Below are positions 1 through 15,400 of a DNA stretch of 64,000 bases, in pieces. Origin of the DNA: Ascidiella aspersa (taxonomy: Eukaryota); assembly GCA_963924565.1 (NCBI GenBank), contig OZ004613.1, positions 23,188,001 to 23,252,000 on the forward strand, given 5' to 3'. The notes below the pieces were generated by a model. That model was not told the origin of the DNA. It saw nothing but the letters and a program-made list of their open reading frames with translations, and made no database searches. The position numbers and the translations under genes are program-made. How positions within the stretch are numbered: position 1 is the stretch's first letter; the number at the start of each line of letters is the position of its first letter.

Positions 1-3000
1 TTGGTTTTTGGCCCACTTGATTCCTCGAATCACCACCGAATCTTATGGGACGCCGACCGTATGAAAAGGCGTGCTAAACCCCGAGTCCTTTCGTAACCGC
101 GGCAATCCTTTTTTGCTTCTATACTGTTTGGGTAACTTTCCATTGTGGATCGCCGATGTTTTCTTACATAAGCCGCATTCGGTTGTATCGTCTTTTCGCC
201 CGAAACTCTTCTTTTGCGATACGTCAACGGCTGGGTACGCACGCCCCGAGTATAATAGCCACTGTTACAGCGCGATCAAAGTTTTCTATGTTTTTTTAAC
301 TTCCCAGCCTGCCAGCTCTGTAGTCTCTCGAGCCGATATTGTGCGCGAATTATCTTCAATCGTTAAGTCTAGCGCTGTAAGGGCTTCTGACGATAATTTT
401 CGCCCTCAAGAATTGACAATCTTCGTATTGCCCAGGTCGCCAACAGACGCCCCCACCCCCCGGTGTAAGAGGGGTTGGAAAGGGTAAAAAATGTAACGCC
501 GAGCCTCGGGTGTCGGATTAGGGCGCCGCGTTGAGGTCACGACCGCGCCGTGCTGAAAAAGCCGAAAATGTTTGTAAATATGCGAAGGGAGAGATGTAAC
601 TCGGCAGCAAACCTTTGCCTTACTCCGAAGTTTATAACTTTGCCCGATAACGCGATCGAAATGCAAGCGCTCGTTGTGGCAAGCTGTCAGCAGGTAAAGC
701 GAACACTCCTGCACTGTTATGTATTCGTAAAAGTTTCGATGAGAATTTGGGAAAATTAAACTGGACTGGAGCTACTTAGATTAGTAAATGTTTATTTAAA
801 CCGTATCGCGCTATAAGGCACTTTAGGACAACATGACGCTGATACCGTTTGTAGACATTGCCTTTGAGGCTTACGTTTGATGTATAGTTATAAATGAGCT
901 GACGTCAGACGGTAGCACGCGGTCTTACTGCCGCAACCGCGTAATTTACACAAGGCACGCCATCATACCGGAGTTAAACCCTTTGTAAGTCTGGTACTAC
1001 CAGTACGCTAAGTTGTGCTGCAACCATGTGTAGTGTAGGGCAATTGGAGGCAACGCAAACTCCTTTTAATTGCATCAACCTGCCTATAAATACTTGAGAC
1101 AAATCTGCACAGTTGCCACCTAAAATTATAATCGAGCGGGCGTCTGCGAGCAGTGATGACTGACGGTTTCTCGGCAAGCCAAATGCTGTCAGATTCGGAG
1201 TTGCGGCGCGATCACTTTGCCTTCTTACTTCAGCCTGTCTACCAAAGCGACTGGTACATCACTAGGCTCTTTACGCCAAGTCGTGTAGATCCAAGACAAA
1301 TCTGACAAAGCTCCGTTTTCTTGCTGCGTTGCGTATTGCAGCGTGCGTCGCATATTTGCCTGTCGCCGTCGCTTGTGTGCTTGGCCGTCAGGCGTGGGAA
1401 ACACGCCAACTAATTAGCGCCTTTGGCTTAGCTCTCCTCCGCAAAGAAATCGCATAGTTTCACGCGGCGGCTTTTTTGCGACGTCACGCGAGTTCAAACG
1501 AGCGGCGATCCTTGATTAATGAGCCGCCGTGCAGCGTGTTGTACTTCGGCAACTAACGCCGAGCGGCTAAGCCGGTTTGGATTACAGTAGTTATAGGCGT
1601 TTAGGTTTCTACCTAAAGGTCGCCAGCTGCTTTCGGGCCCGCCACGACCGGTTATAAACATATGATCAGATTCTGGAAAACGTACATGTTGAATCACCAA
1701 TAATTAATGGACTCCAAATACAGCAAGGATGTAAAATATCCTCCCTATTGCCAAGTACCACAGCCTGATCTTTTTAATGTAGCCTTACAACTTTTTTTCA
1801 TGTCTACTGATTTAAAATGCGCCCGAATCTTGTAAAAAAACAATTTATCAAAATTTGTTTTATGTAAGGCCGTTTTAGTCCATAAAACCGCGATGTGCTT
1901 CAAACCCTTAATAGCTAGTTTGGAAAATCATTCAAAGTCACTCATTAAGAAAGTACAAGCTGGGGCATTTTTATGTTCTCACTTGACCCAGTCGCAGTCG
2001 GGGTGGTGTTGGGTAACGCCAAGTTCCGCAACCTAAAAGCAGCAAACAGGACACAGGGAGCTTAGAGCAAGCTCCCGACTGTAGAATATCAACATTCCTC
2101 TTTCGCGACTCGCCAAATAGACTTAAATGCCATATATGGCCGTTGCTGTTTTAAGTTTCAACCTGTAGGTTGTTCAACTTTAAATGACGTTTTCGCACGA
2201 ACTAAAGTTATTCAATTCAAAATTAGGAGCATCACCTCATCGTGGCTAGCACAACAGAACATTGAGCTTCGAAAAGTGGGGGATCTAATTTATTTGTATT
2301 TGTAACTGCTGCATTGAGCGACATTAATATTAAACACCAGTGATTTAAATAATGAAATATAAGTTGCAAATAGTCTTTTAATAAAGTTGATGACTAGTGT
2401 TTTGTTTTGTTTAATCCAAACTTCCTTTACCCCAACGCCACACCTATTTTACTCGCGAATCACGGAATGGGACTTAGTTGGCTAAACTCAAAATACGATG
2501 CCTAAAAACGGGCAAAATCTATCATCCTAGAAAAAGCATTTAACGAGGAAAAAAATGGTCGTAGTCGCGTCATCGAACCGTTGCTGTCCCAAAATAATAC
2601 TTTTTGGATTACTTTTGCACCGCAAATAGGTTTTGGGTCGACGTTTAATTTGCTACAGTCGAGCGCCCAAGCGCCAGTCATCATCGGCAACGGCTCTTAA
2701 GTGTCGCCGAGAGCCAGTCTTGTACCGTCATTAACCCCGGATTCGGTTGACCGGATTTCGCCGCGTCTCGAAACTGTTCCTCGCCGCAGTATTTTCGGAG
2801 TTCAAGTCGCGGCCGCGTTTGGGCGCAAACATTTAGCGAGTTCGGCTGTGGTTGAGTTGTCAGCGACGGCAATGGCTGTTGAATCTCACTTTCGCTTAGA
2901 CGCAGCGGGTTCCCATCGAAGCACGAAACCGCCATGGCTCAAGCGCGGGGTGAAAAATGCAACGCGGTGTATAACATTTACGTGCAATCAGCCAGTCGAC

Positions 3001-5923
3001 TTAGCTGCTGAAAAAGCAACCGCGGCGAAATGTGTAAACCTTTCCTGATTTTATCTGGCAGCGACACGGCGACTTTATCCGGCAACAAAACGCTACTAAG
3101 GAAATCCAGTGTCGGTTTGATTGACGCTTTTAAGTGCCCTAAGCTGCGCCCCGGTATTGCAGTACAGCTTTGTTGTTACAAGGGAGTAAGATTAGTCGTT
3201 GCGGTTTCGTTTTTTGGCTCTTAGGTCAGTCAATTCTCCTCAAAGCTACACTCACCCGTCCATGGACGCCGATTAATTAACCTAAAATCTGTTTGATCTG
3301 TGCCTCTCTATCTGCGCGCGTTTTGGAATGTCCAAAAAATGGCGAAAATCATCGGGCATTCATAAGTCATAACCTTGCCAGGCACGTAAGGCAAACACGA
3401 CAACTGCATTGTGCGACCGGGCCGGACAAAAGATCACAGGCGGGACGATTGAAAAGCATGCTCCCATAGCTCAAGACGCCGCGCGGGGGAATACACACTA
3501 GCCGATTTATGCCGACGACGGCGTCGCGAGGTGCACCTTTCTCCAACCACTGCGACCCATTTGTCAGCTGGGTGGGTTATTTTTTACGCGCGCATTCTGT
3601 CACAAAGAGACGCGATTTAGACGCCGCCCAAGCGCAAACAGCCCAAATGTAGGATGTCGTAAATTTGCGGTTCATGAAACGGGCTGATATCAAAAGCGAT
3701 TTTTCACAGCGAAACTGACATTTTTGCCAGGCGCGCCCAGAGCAACACAAACCTTCTGTTGTCAGTTTATTTTAAGTTTGAGTGCACCCCGAACCGAGTC
3801 GACCTACGCTTACAAGGGCCCCTAGGGTTTGAAGCGGTTTTATTTTAATCCAACTGCATTCCGCGTATTTCAAACGGATAGCCAGCGATGAAACCAGCCG
3901 GTTTTGCTGTGGCGCCATTGACGAGCAGGATGCCTTATTTATTTTACTTCGATTCTGCCTACAAACACTCGACGGTCATTGTACTTTCCCGTCACAATAT
4001 GCATTACAACTCAAGTTCTCGTTGAAAGGCAATCTGCACCGATAAGCTCTCTGTAGATTTTTAAGGGTCCAATATGGAAGCTTCTAGGCTCCGCAACCGA
4101 ACCTAACCTAAAGCATGTAGCAGACCGGGATTAAAATGATCAAGTTTCGTGATTGCGGTTCAAACCGCTTCAGTGGCGCAACGGATCAGCAGCACTTGAG
4201 AAGAAACAACAACACCAAAGTTTTTGAGGAGTGGTGTGTAGATGGCGATGGACCAACAATATAGACCATGGCTTCATGTTTCGTCGCGTTGTTAAACAAC
4301 ATTCCAGCTGGTGACCCCAAGGGGTCCGAATCGTTTAAGCCAACAGCCCCGGCCCCATCCCAGGCTTTAAAAGCCGCAAAGTACAATAGTAAAGCATTTG
4401 TTTCGTGTCACCGATGTGCAAGTTGACAGGCCGATGACAACAACTCTTTGTGGTAAAATAAAACGCGCTTACCGAGTTAGCTAGGCAGCAGCGCTCAGTG
4501 CACTTAAGTGCACCTTGCGGACACATGAAATAACGGTCGATTAGTTTGAGACCTGAACACACCTGCACGTTGTTGTGCATGACCGTTAGAGGCGAAAAGG
4601 CAGTGCTACTTTGGCAAAATAAGTTTTGTAGTCGATTTCGACGAAGTTGATCTTCTCTAGACAAGTTTCCTTGAAGCACACAGTGGAGAAAAGGCCACGA
4701 GTTAAACACAATTGACGCTAAATATACTCCACCATGTTCTTTGTGTTTAGCGAATGCCGCTTTCACATTGACGCGTAACAGGTGCCGTTCCGGTTCCTTG
4801 TCGGCAAACTCCTGTTCGAGACGCAACAAACAGAGAGCTTAGCGGTTTGCGGTCAAACAGCCAGGCCGAGTCGGGAAAACGGCACGAACCCAATATTAGG
4901 GAAGGCAAAACGCCGAGCTTGGCAACTCAAGCACGTAACAAACGCCAGTGGTTTCTTTGTAACAAGTCTGAGGAGCCTCAACGTTTGTCATCCGATACAC
5001 GGAATGTCCCCGTATAGTAGCCAAACGAAGAGCATAACAATGTACGGACCGCCGCCTCTGCAAAGATAGCCATAGGGGCCTGGGAAGACAACATGAATTC
5101 CTTTTTGAGGGGACACGGTCGGTCCTGTGTGTTTCTTGCGCGCACAAGAACAAAGGCAGCGAGTTACTCGACCGTTGAACGCGCGCGGAACGCCCCGATG
5201 ATGTGTACTCTTTATTAGAGACTCAGCGGGACCTTTCTGCTGCTATGACCGCGTGACCCTCACAGCAACCGAAGCGTCACCAGCATACAAAAATAGGGAA
5301 AACTAAAAGAAATGTTAAATAGCTTTCTAAGATGGCACCTTCGAGACTTCGAAAGCAGCAGTTGCAAGCAAAAGCAAACTACACACCTTTCGCTTTGTGT
5401 GGGGAATATTGCTTTTTTATCCACTCATGCCTTGGGAACACAAGTAGGCCTACAATGCCACAGGTTGCGGTTTTACGTTTAGCAAGTAGCCTACTGTACT
5501 CTATCTTCATTAGCCACACAACGTACCTATCCAAACACGTGTCTTGTTGTGAGAAGGTACTGCTGTGCTTGCTGTGCATACGTAAGTTTACGCTGTTTGG
5601 GTTTATACGCAGTCAAAGCGCATTTAGATTCTCAAACATGTGTAAACTATGAACCCGATGCACCTATGTTATACTAATTTTCACGTATGACTTTGTGCGA
5701 CCCGATTGCGGACCCTGATTCAAAGATATGGCTGAAACGTGTCGTGCAAGGCAAATAAATAGGCTAACCTTGTTTTGCACAGGTTGCCGGTCTACTTGTA
5801 TATCAGGGTGCTGCGACTTGTTGGGCTAAATAATGTGGTGTTTAAGCCTTGTAACGGCACCTGTTCACTCTCAAAGCTTGCTTTGTTTTCTTCGAGGAGA
5901 AGCATGGATCGGTTACTTCGATG

Positions 5924-6380
5924 CAGTGTTGTAATCATTTAAGTCAATGGCTTAAGTGCTCCTACGTCACTGTTTTTAAATGACCTGACTTGAACTTAAG
6001 TCATTTAGTAGAATAACTTTGGTTGAAATGTGGTATTTTCATTATAAAAATTATTTTAAACTGTGGTAACTTGGTGGAAGTAAGACCATTAGCTTGCTTT
6101 ATGTTGAATTTTTGTCATTTTAGTTACAATATTGCTCATAATTTGAAGTTATTGCTCACAATCGGGAATAATTGCTCGTAAATCGTGAGTTATTGCCCAT
6201 AAATGAGTTTCACATTTTAATAGTTTGACGTTTTATTTTTATATGAATGACTTGACTTGGACTGGTCTGGCAAGCTGATGGCTGCGACATGACTTGTTAT
6301 GTTTTAAAAAGACTTGACTTAGACTGAAGGTATTTTACCCATGACTTGATTGGTAGATTTATCATTTGAAAATGACTAGA
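5924..6380. mobile_element. Degenerate hAT-type MITE, family A (CAGTGTTGTAA end, GACTT arrays)
   Basis: One terminus plus internal similarity to 20285-20770; the other end is eroded. Confidence 0.6.
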
Positions 6381-9076
6381 TAATAAAATTTAAATACATT
6401 CAATTGGAAAAAGTATAAAGAACAACATAAAAGTTACTCGCAACAATAGAGAAAAGTAAATGTGCGTGACAAGCCCTAAAAGCTTCGAAGTTCGCTTTTC
6501 GATTAGCCTTAGTTAAATCGATTGGTTTCGGCTTCGATTCGTTAACTAAAGCATTGGTTTCTCATCGGCGGTTGTAAAGTAAGAGACTGGCGTTTATCTG
6601 CAAATAGAAGAATCGCTGTGGTTGGCGTTTTTATTGATTCACATCACTCAAAACTAGATCGAAAACGAGATGCGGCATCCCGGGCTCGTTTAAGTTACTC
6701 GCGGTAGCTTTCGGCTTCACAACTGAAACCCACTGCTAACTGGTTCCGAGCAATTGGCCCTGGTTTGTGTGCATTCACCTTCCAAGTAAAGCGAGCCTTA
6801 CGATAACCGTTCCTCGCCGCGCAGACCGCACATATCCCGTATACAGCACGCGTTTTTGGTGTTTTTCCATTAGCGAACGTCAACCTTACTGCTCATCGCC
6901 AATCTTGTGAGAAGAGAAAGCGCCCGCAACCCAAACCGCCTATATGGAAACGTGTTTATCTTTTACGGCGACTTTTCTTCTCATTTTGCTGCATGACGAA
7001 AGAGGAATTTTTGGAGAAACTTTGATACATATCACTGCTTTAAATAACGCGAAGGTTGCCGCAAGTTTGGGCCTGACGATCGCGATTGGATATAAATTTT
7101 AATTCAATCCTTGCCAACTTAATTATTGTTAAATGAAGCAGTTTTAATTTACTATGTAATACAAACCTGTTGCAAGCTTAATAAATTGAATTGCATCCGC
7201 AAACATATCATGTGACTTTATATCTATTAAGGAAATAGTTTGCGGGCAGGTAGAATTGACTACAAGGGTCGAATTTGGCCTCAGTTTGGTGACCCTTGGT
7301 CTACTTCAGGGAGATCTGGTCTTTTTAATTTAACAAACAGTAAATAGAGAAAATGTAACAGGGCTAAATCAATGGATCCATTGTTTGACGATTTGTCCAA
7401 ATTTTCCTCCCAACTTTCGACGATGATGCGTTTATTTGGAACGTGCACACAGTCGAAAAACCACACGATCGACGTCCGATTAATTACCACGAACACGAGT
7501 AATCCCGTCTGACCTTAGACGCGAAATGCTGCAACGCAAATTCTTTGCAGTAAACGGTGGCTTGTTTTGATTTAGGAGCTAATTTGTTGGAATCGGCAGT
7601 TGTGTATATTGGACCCGCTTGTGGGGAGTGTAGCCGACTAAAATTCATCCGGCCAGAGATTCGGGAGTCGGTTGCGTTTAATTTAATTTCTCTTTAAATC
7701 TTTCGGGCCCGGCACCACTTATCGAATCGTGGCTGCCGTTCAAATATATTCAGCGACCGTAAATAAATGCTCATATTGGCAGCAATTGCTGTTCATTATG
7801 CGTATACTTCACAAGAAATCATCTACGCACACCATTCCAAAAGTCTTGTACTTGATTGGCGAGTTTGGCGCATTTACGAAGAGCATCGAAAAGTTACGTT
7901 TACAAACACGTTTTTCCTGCTGCGCTGCAATTAACGTTAAGGATGTAAGCATCTTGGCCATGTTCTAAGAACGTACAGCGTCGTGATTGGCCGGTGTCAA
8001 GAACAACCTTCAAGGGTGTGTCACCGTTTTTATGTGACTCAACTCAAACTGCGAAGAAGCGAAACCTGCTCACGCAGGCTGAAGAAAAGGGGGAGTTGTT
8101 AAACACCGACACCATTTCGTGACATAAGCGAACAAAGAGGAGAAAAGACCTTTTTTATATTTTTTGAGATAAATTTTATACGTCCTCGTCTGTTGTGTGG
8201 TATTGGATTGAATTTAACTAAAACACTTTTTAATATATAGTGGAAAACTTCCAATCATGCGGAGAACATCCTGTAAATGTATATAGATAATTAAAAGACC
8301 TTTACCTACTCCATAAAAAGGTGTGTCCTTATATAATCCTAAACCATTGCAGCAGGTTTCCGCTTGAATCGGCAGTTTTTTCGCATTATAAAGCTATATT
8401 CCAGCTATTATTACGACGAACAGATGAAACGAAGTACTCCTTTAGAAATATGCAAGTTACAAAGGGCCATTTTGTCACAATGTAAGAGGAGTGAAGAATG
8501 GCCAACAAGTGAACGGAGTGTTATATTGACCCTACCCCCGCCCACGATTTCGCATAAAATGGATGTTTCGCAAGACCGCAGAAACCAAAGGGCACAAAAT
8601 GAAAGGCCAATATTGAAACAGTAGCGGTGGCTGTTGTTTGGTGGTCTTTATCTGCCAGGAACCATGCACAACTCACGCGACGGAGTGAATCACTGATAAA
8701 AGCGACTGCTAAGTGCATTTTTATTGACCGATGAATCGACGGTCTGCGCCGCTCCAGGCCGTCCAGAAATTGACCTGACGCCTTTAAGTGTTTTCCGGGG
8801 TAGATTTCAGGTCTTTGTTTGGTGAGGGCAAGGGGCACGGCAATTGGCATCACAAGGTTAGGCCATAAACAAGTAAAATGCCTGCTGATTATGAGCAAAC
8901 TCAAGACCACCTACGTATTTACAACGTTTGTCAAGCTCAAAGAGCAATTATCATTTACGTTTAGTTGGTGAAACTAACATGCCAAGTTATCGCTCTTTTC
9001 CAACAAAGGAAAAAATCACTGAATGCAATTGTGTTTGCATTTTTATAGTTAAATTGACCACAAATATAGCTTAAGG

Positions 9077-9406
9077 CAGTGGACCTTTGTGGTTGTGACT
9101 TGTGGCACCATATAGAAATTATTAGCGGCACCCTATAGAAATATTTTTTTTCTCGTATTTTGGCCAAGTTGTTAATTGTAACGTTGCAATAAACGAAATT
9201 GAAACAGCACATTGACTGTGCAACAAGATGGAAAAAAAAACTTTTTAATATTTGGCACTTTTATCTTACACAAAACAATTGTATCAATAAGCTTACCAAT
9301 AAAGCAAATTAAATGAAATCTTAATTAATTTCAAATATCTCTCAACACCCTGGAGCGTTACAAATGAAACCCTATAGCGACGCGACACCCCGGTTGAGAA
9401 CCACTG
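9077..9406. mobile_element. hAT-type MITE (CAGTGG...GGTTGAGAACCACTG)
   Basis: Terminal motif; flanks gcttaagg/gcttacgt (6/8); shares gcggcaccc with copies at 39599 and 48507. Confidence 0.55.
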
Positions 9407-12400
9407 GCTTACGTGGACATGACCTGTGACCTCCCTATTACATCCACCCTTGGTGTTTATTTGGTTTTCGTTATTTGGCGTGTGCAGTCTGTCGCTCGAT
9501 AAATGTTTTGCAGCACCCTTTGGTCAACACAGACTTGAGACTGGGCGCCCGGGTAAAATACGGCGTCTGGCCAGCGGTTAGCGGTTGGCCGGGGTCCGGT
9601 AATTTTCCCGCGGCGATTTTGGGTGAGAGCTTTTCGCGGAACAATGACGCCAAAGAACCCTGGTGGAAATTACCTGAGGGCATACAATTTGGGTCGATTG
9701 TTGGTTGTTTCGCGCTAATGAATTAGTTTTATGATCGGCAAGCATGATGAGCCTACACAATTACGGATAATTGTCAAGTTTAAGTGCAAATTAGATTTCG
9801 CATTAACGATACTTGCGAAATAAACGAAAGCAATCCAGTACCAACGAGTATAATTAACTTTAAAATGCCTAACGAGGACTTTTTGACCTTTGTAGCTTTT
9901 ATAACAAAGTTTTTAGGGTAAAAAAATCCACGGCATTTAATGAGGATTCTTTTTTTTCGTAAAACAACGTCGTATACTTCTTAGTTTTTGCCATTCGATT
10001 TGGTTGAGTCGCCGTCTGCTGTCGTTTACATGGTTAGATATGTTAAAAACGTTTCTAAACAAAATTTCGACAATATGTGAGAAAACTGCTGAAGACAAAA
10101 GAAGACAGGATCATATCAGTTTAATTCGAACTTGTATTGTTAATGTCGATATTGTGTTCGCTGACAAAAAATTCAACGAAGAAAATTGGGTCGCCAAAGC
10201 TTTATTGTTGTACGCTTTCGTATTTAATTCCCTGCGAGGAAACGCTGAGAATCATTGGTTTTGAAAAAAACTTTAACAGCCCGTGGTTTCTTAACATTGT
10301 ATGAAGAATCTTATACTGTTCAAAAAAAGTATGGCGTGACCCGCGGTTGATAAAAAATAATTTGTATTGTCTACTTCTCGAGTAATTTGTTTTCACAAAG
10401 TAAAATTTGTGATATTAGGGTTTGGTAAAATGCCTCCCCCCCCCCTTGTCTCATACCAAAAAACGCAAGCCGGGGACCACTGCGTAATTACGCCGGCGCC
10501 TGAGATAAAGCGCTGTCAACAGCCATATGATAAATGATTGACGCGTGCCGCGCACTGTACGCCTGTTTAAACCAGGCAATCTGTAGCTCTCCGTACCGCG
10601 CTTTAATCCCGTGTTTTCGGCCAGGTAAGCCCGATAGCCAACAACAGAGCTATCGTGTCTGACCGCGGACGGATTAAGAGGTTCATTGCCCTTGTTGTTT
10701 TTACGCGCCTTCGCCCCGGCCGCAGCGTCTTTGGTGTTCCTGCCGAGTTGCGTCCATGAAAAGGTTCGAAAGCGCCTACACCCGGGCACTTCAGGTTGTT
10801 GTTCTTGCCTCCTGGCTGAAGACGCGGACTCGCTTCGTTATAGCCGGTGCTGACGACAGCCCTGCAACTGTTGACGACTTGAAACTGACCGCTCTCCAGA
10901 CACGCGTTATACTGTTGCCGGAACAGTGGTGGGGAGGGGGGGGCGTCTAATCTCGTTTAAACGACAGACACAGCGGCCGGCAACGCAAGCACGTTGCACG
11001 CAAATAGCGGCAAACAACAGAAAAATATTTTCGTCTAAATGCCCGAAAAACAGATCGAGAGGGCGTCGCCGAATGCTTGTGTTTTTGAGGAATCCTTTTC
11101 CGAAGTGCAGGACTGACGTAAGAGGAACCTTGTCGATTTGTTGTGTCTCATGCACATAGCGGCTCCTAAAAAGTGGTAGGCTTACACGTCAAATACCCAC
11201 GATCAGGTTGCTTACCGTGGAAGGACGTCACGCATAAACCCTTAAAGTATCCTTAGGAATTTAGAAAACACTCTCTCTTATCGCGTTCAGCGCATTCTTC
11301 ATGGGCACAAATGCGTTGATTGTTTGCTGGAGTTGCCATAGCGCGTGTTTTTGTCTTCCTGTTTTTCACCTATGATCTATTTTCCAGGAACCTTCTTGTT
11401 TTTTTCGGCTTTGTGTGACAATTTGCTGACAAGGAAGCATACAGAAAACCGAGATTAACCTCGCGACCGAAGGGTTTAAATGTGCTTTTTGCTACAAATG
11501 ATTATATCACAGGGCGTCGCTGGATTAAATAGTAGCTACTATTTTGGCATGCTAAAAATAACTAAAAATAGCCATATTGACATTTGGCTGAAAAAAAAAT
11601 AGTAACTTTATTTAAATTCAACATAGCAATCGCAAAATAAAGTTGTAGCTAATAAAAAAACAAAAATAACGGTTACATTTTATCGAGTAGGAGAATCATT
11701 AACATGAAAATGAATAGACGAAACGAAAAAATATCGGTGATAAATGCACATTGCGTTTGCGAGATTTTTCGCGACGCAGCATTAAAGCTATTACTGAAAT
11801 GTTGACACGGCCTGCGGTTTTGGCAAACCTCCACTCGACACACAATAGCAGCACAGAAAATCGCAAACCTGATTAGGAAGTTTTGCCTAAAACATATTTT
11901 GACCATTAGCCTTGTTGTGTGACGTCTATTGGCTGCTGCGTCAGTAAATTTTCGAACAAAAAATCTATTCGATAGAGCGTGAATACTGACACCATGCACG
12001 TTGATGTAATAAATTCCGAAGGTGTTTATAAAACCTACAAGATTACAACGTTACACGTCTTAAAAAGGCATGAGAATGACTAAAGGCATTACCCAAACGG
12101 GAGCACGTGAACTTTCCGAATTTGTAATGTAATCATGACAAGGCGAATTTCGCGAAATAGCACATCAATGACGCCTTTTTTAAAACTTTATTTCGGTGAC
12201 AAAAAAAAAAAATACCTTTTTGATAAATTTGGCATACATTGCGACGCCATTGTGCAATACCTATAGAAAAACAAACGGCACTTACTGTTTTTAAAACGTT
12301 TCCAATTGCTACAAAAGTTATGCAGCGAAACCGCAATTTAAAATACGATTAAATGCCATTCAAAAAACTATAAGTTTTGCTGTTATTCTAATGTGGTCCA

Positions 12401-15400
12401 AGGAAATGCCCGTGCCCTCGTATAATACGCCTTGCTAATGCCACAATTATATAAAAGAAGCAAGATATATTCACATTTTTACCATCGTGTGCTGATCCTT
12501 GACGCACAAAAGCATTGACTTATAGTATAAGTCCTCTTCTCGTAGTCATGTTTAAGTTATTTTAAACCAGATTTAAACTTTCTAATGTTTTTTATGTGCC
12601 CATTAGTTCCTCAACCTAACTATCCTATATTTTTACATATACAGCAAACCTAGGTCGGGTTTGCCAATAACAAACAAAATACAATAAAGCATGAGTAACT
12701 AAAAAACGAGGCCATATATAGGTACACCGGAAGCATACTACTAATTAACTGTAGTGTATATGGCTTCACTTACGGCTCGTTTTGAAGAAGCCTCAGCCTC
12801 GTACATTGATTGATTTTTGTGGCAGGCAATAAGGATTAACGCCTGTCTGTCAGCGACCCACAGATTATTTGTTTGAACACCCGGCCCTTGAGCCAGCTTA
12901 GCCGTGTTTTTCCGTTTCCAAACCAATAGGAATTAAAGTCTTGGGTTGAGCCTCTGAGGGCCCTTATCCTGATGCCCTATGGCACTTCCTGGAAGCTTTT
13001 GGGATTGCTTTACCCTTGTTGATTGATGACGGCGATTTGCCTGTAGGCGCTAAATACCTTGCAAAAACAGCAATGTTAGTGTATTGGAAAATCGAACGTT
13101 CAGCAGCATCGCAAGCTATTTTGGGCGTTGAGTTTTGCAAATTTTTACTGACTGCGATAATTGGGTGGAGGATATGTACAGTTGTGTCAACTGATTGAGA
13201 GTGATTGTGAAGCTATACCCCCCGTAAAGTGCTGTTTTGCCACTAATAAACTGACTTTGCATCCTCTCCATACCTCCCACGGTTTAACACGAAGCAATTA
13301 CAAATGTTTTTTAACAAATTTGCGCTGCTGACTACTGAATTAAAGTGTGTTTTGCTATACTGTACCGCAAACCGTTAAACGTCACCCTTTTTTAAAACGA
13401 CACAAACATGACTGTACAACGGATGTTAACATATTCAAGGGACAAACACTTTTTCTTCTGACTTTTTTTCTTTCTGAATTTATATAGACTGGAAGGGGAA
13501 CGTTTAAAAATAGGATAGCCTTTAAAACGCAATTGAGTTTGAATTTGTCTTTATTATTTTACCACGGAATACAATATGTCTATAACAAAAAAGCATATAT
13601 TTGCTGTAAATTTAACATGGGAAGGTGACATTAACCAGTTTGATCGGCTTTGTGTGTGTTATGTGGTAACTTACAGAAGCACTTGTTACGATTGTCAGTT
13701 TACTAATGCAGTTTATGATTGTGTGAAATAATTTTATTTCATCGCGTCAAGGGATATGCAATCTCTTGACAAGGCAAACACCAGACTTCGTCGTCTACAG
13801 ACACCAACCAAATAAAGTTAATTCAAGTGATCGACGAAATGTCACAGCAGCAACAAGACAAAGGATGTGACGTTAAAATCGAGTTGCTGGGGTGCCGCAG
13901 ACAGCTTTATTGAGCTGTAAACTGTAAAGTTAATTGTGCATGCTGGTTAAGTTAGTCAAAAGTTTGTCTTTAACGGTGGTGGGTTAAACCGTGGACTTTC
14001 TACATATGACACTCTATACATTGTACAGTCTACAATCCAGTATATTTAACTAAAAATTCCGCGACAAACACAACGTTTTCTGTTAATTGCTTTTGCGTCC
14101 AATTGTGAAACTAATGATCGTTTGAGGAATTATGCTTAAAGTTTAAGTTTACAATTGTATATCAAAAAGTTATAAGAAGTAAATAAGTCTAGTAAAAGAG
14201 GCTATTCTTGTAAAAAGTGGGACGTTTACTTGTGAGTCCTAAAACGTGTGTGTGCGACCCACTGAATGTTTGCAAACTTAAGTCTGGGAGCTAAGGCAAA
14301 ACTACTTAATTTAATTCGAAAAGTTCAACCAAGTCTTAGCTAGAGTGTACTCTTTTATGTTATACGTGTTTAAAGTCGCCTATTGGCGCGAATGGCTGCC
14401 TAATACAGTGGCCTTTTGGCGAAGCGGCCATTGAAGATCCCCGGAGTTTTCCTGCGAACTCGCGCGACGTTCAACCCACAACCGCGGCCCATTGCGCATC
14501 ACAGTACAGTGCGCTGTAGATGAGCGTAGAAAGGGCGATGCTAACAAAGGAGCGGCTTCGCATTCCATAGTAATCCGTAATACATAACACACACACACAG
14601 ACGCAGACACGCGCGCGCCAACTGTAAGACTGGGGGGCGTTTCCACGCAGACCGTCGCCACCAAAGCGTACGTGATTGCCTGCTAAGGGGGTGTGCTGCG
14701 CCTCACGCCCCCCTGGCCAGGTACCAAAGGCGCCGCGACGTCGTCGCCGCGCGGATTCTCGGCACGGTCCCGCGGGCGCAAAAACTTGCGACTTTCGGCT
14801 GACGAAATCGTCCGTCAGCATCCTCGCTTGTGCACACATACCGTCCACATCAAATGCGGATTGGCGAGATCAAATGCGACCCATCGCACCTATTGAAACT
14901 ACTCAAGCTCAGGCTCCGGCCCTGGTTGTATATTCTGCTCTGCAAGTCCAAACTTTGCGGGCGCGCAAAGGCAACGCATCCAGTCAACAGAAAGCGACTT
15001 CTATGCAGATCTGCGCAGCGACGGCGATCGTTAAATATTCAATTAGGCAACGTCTAGACAGCGCCCAGACGACTGGGCGTTGAAATTTCAATTTCAAGTC
15101 GAGGGAGCACGTGGGGTTAGTCAAGTGCAATTAGAGAAACTTCATATTTTCGCTCACCAGGCTGAGTCGTCGTTATTAAAGGTGTTCGAGGGTCGGCAAC
15201 TGTCTCTTAACCTTCTCCAAAATCTCTCAAAATACACTTGAGCACCGTGCGTTTCAGCAATCTAGAATATATCTACTCTTTAATTATTTAATATGTGCCT
15301 TCAATTGAATTTTCAAAATGCGTTAGTCTAAAAAAATAAAACGTTCATGGAAACTTGTCGTACAGGAATTTATTTTTACTAAAGGAAATAAATTAGGCGA

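Noticed and set aside
10600-10912. Open minus-strand frame YNACLESGQFQVVNSCRAVV... after a possible acceptor
   Set aside because: No homology recognised and no partner exons found.
11846-11870. TAGCAGCACAGAAAATCGC, similar to the miR-15/16/195 5' end
   Set aside because: No convincing complementary arm at pre-miRNA distance.
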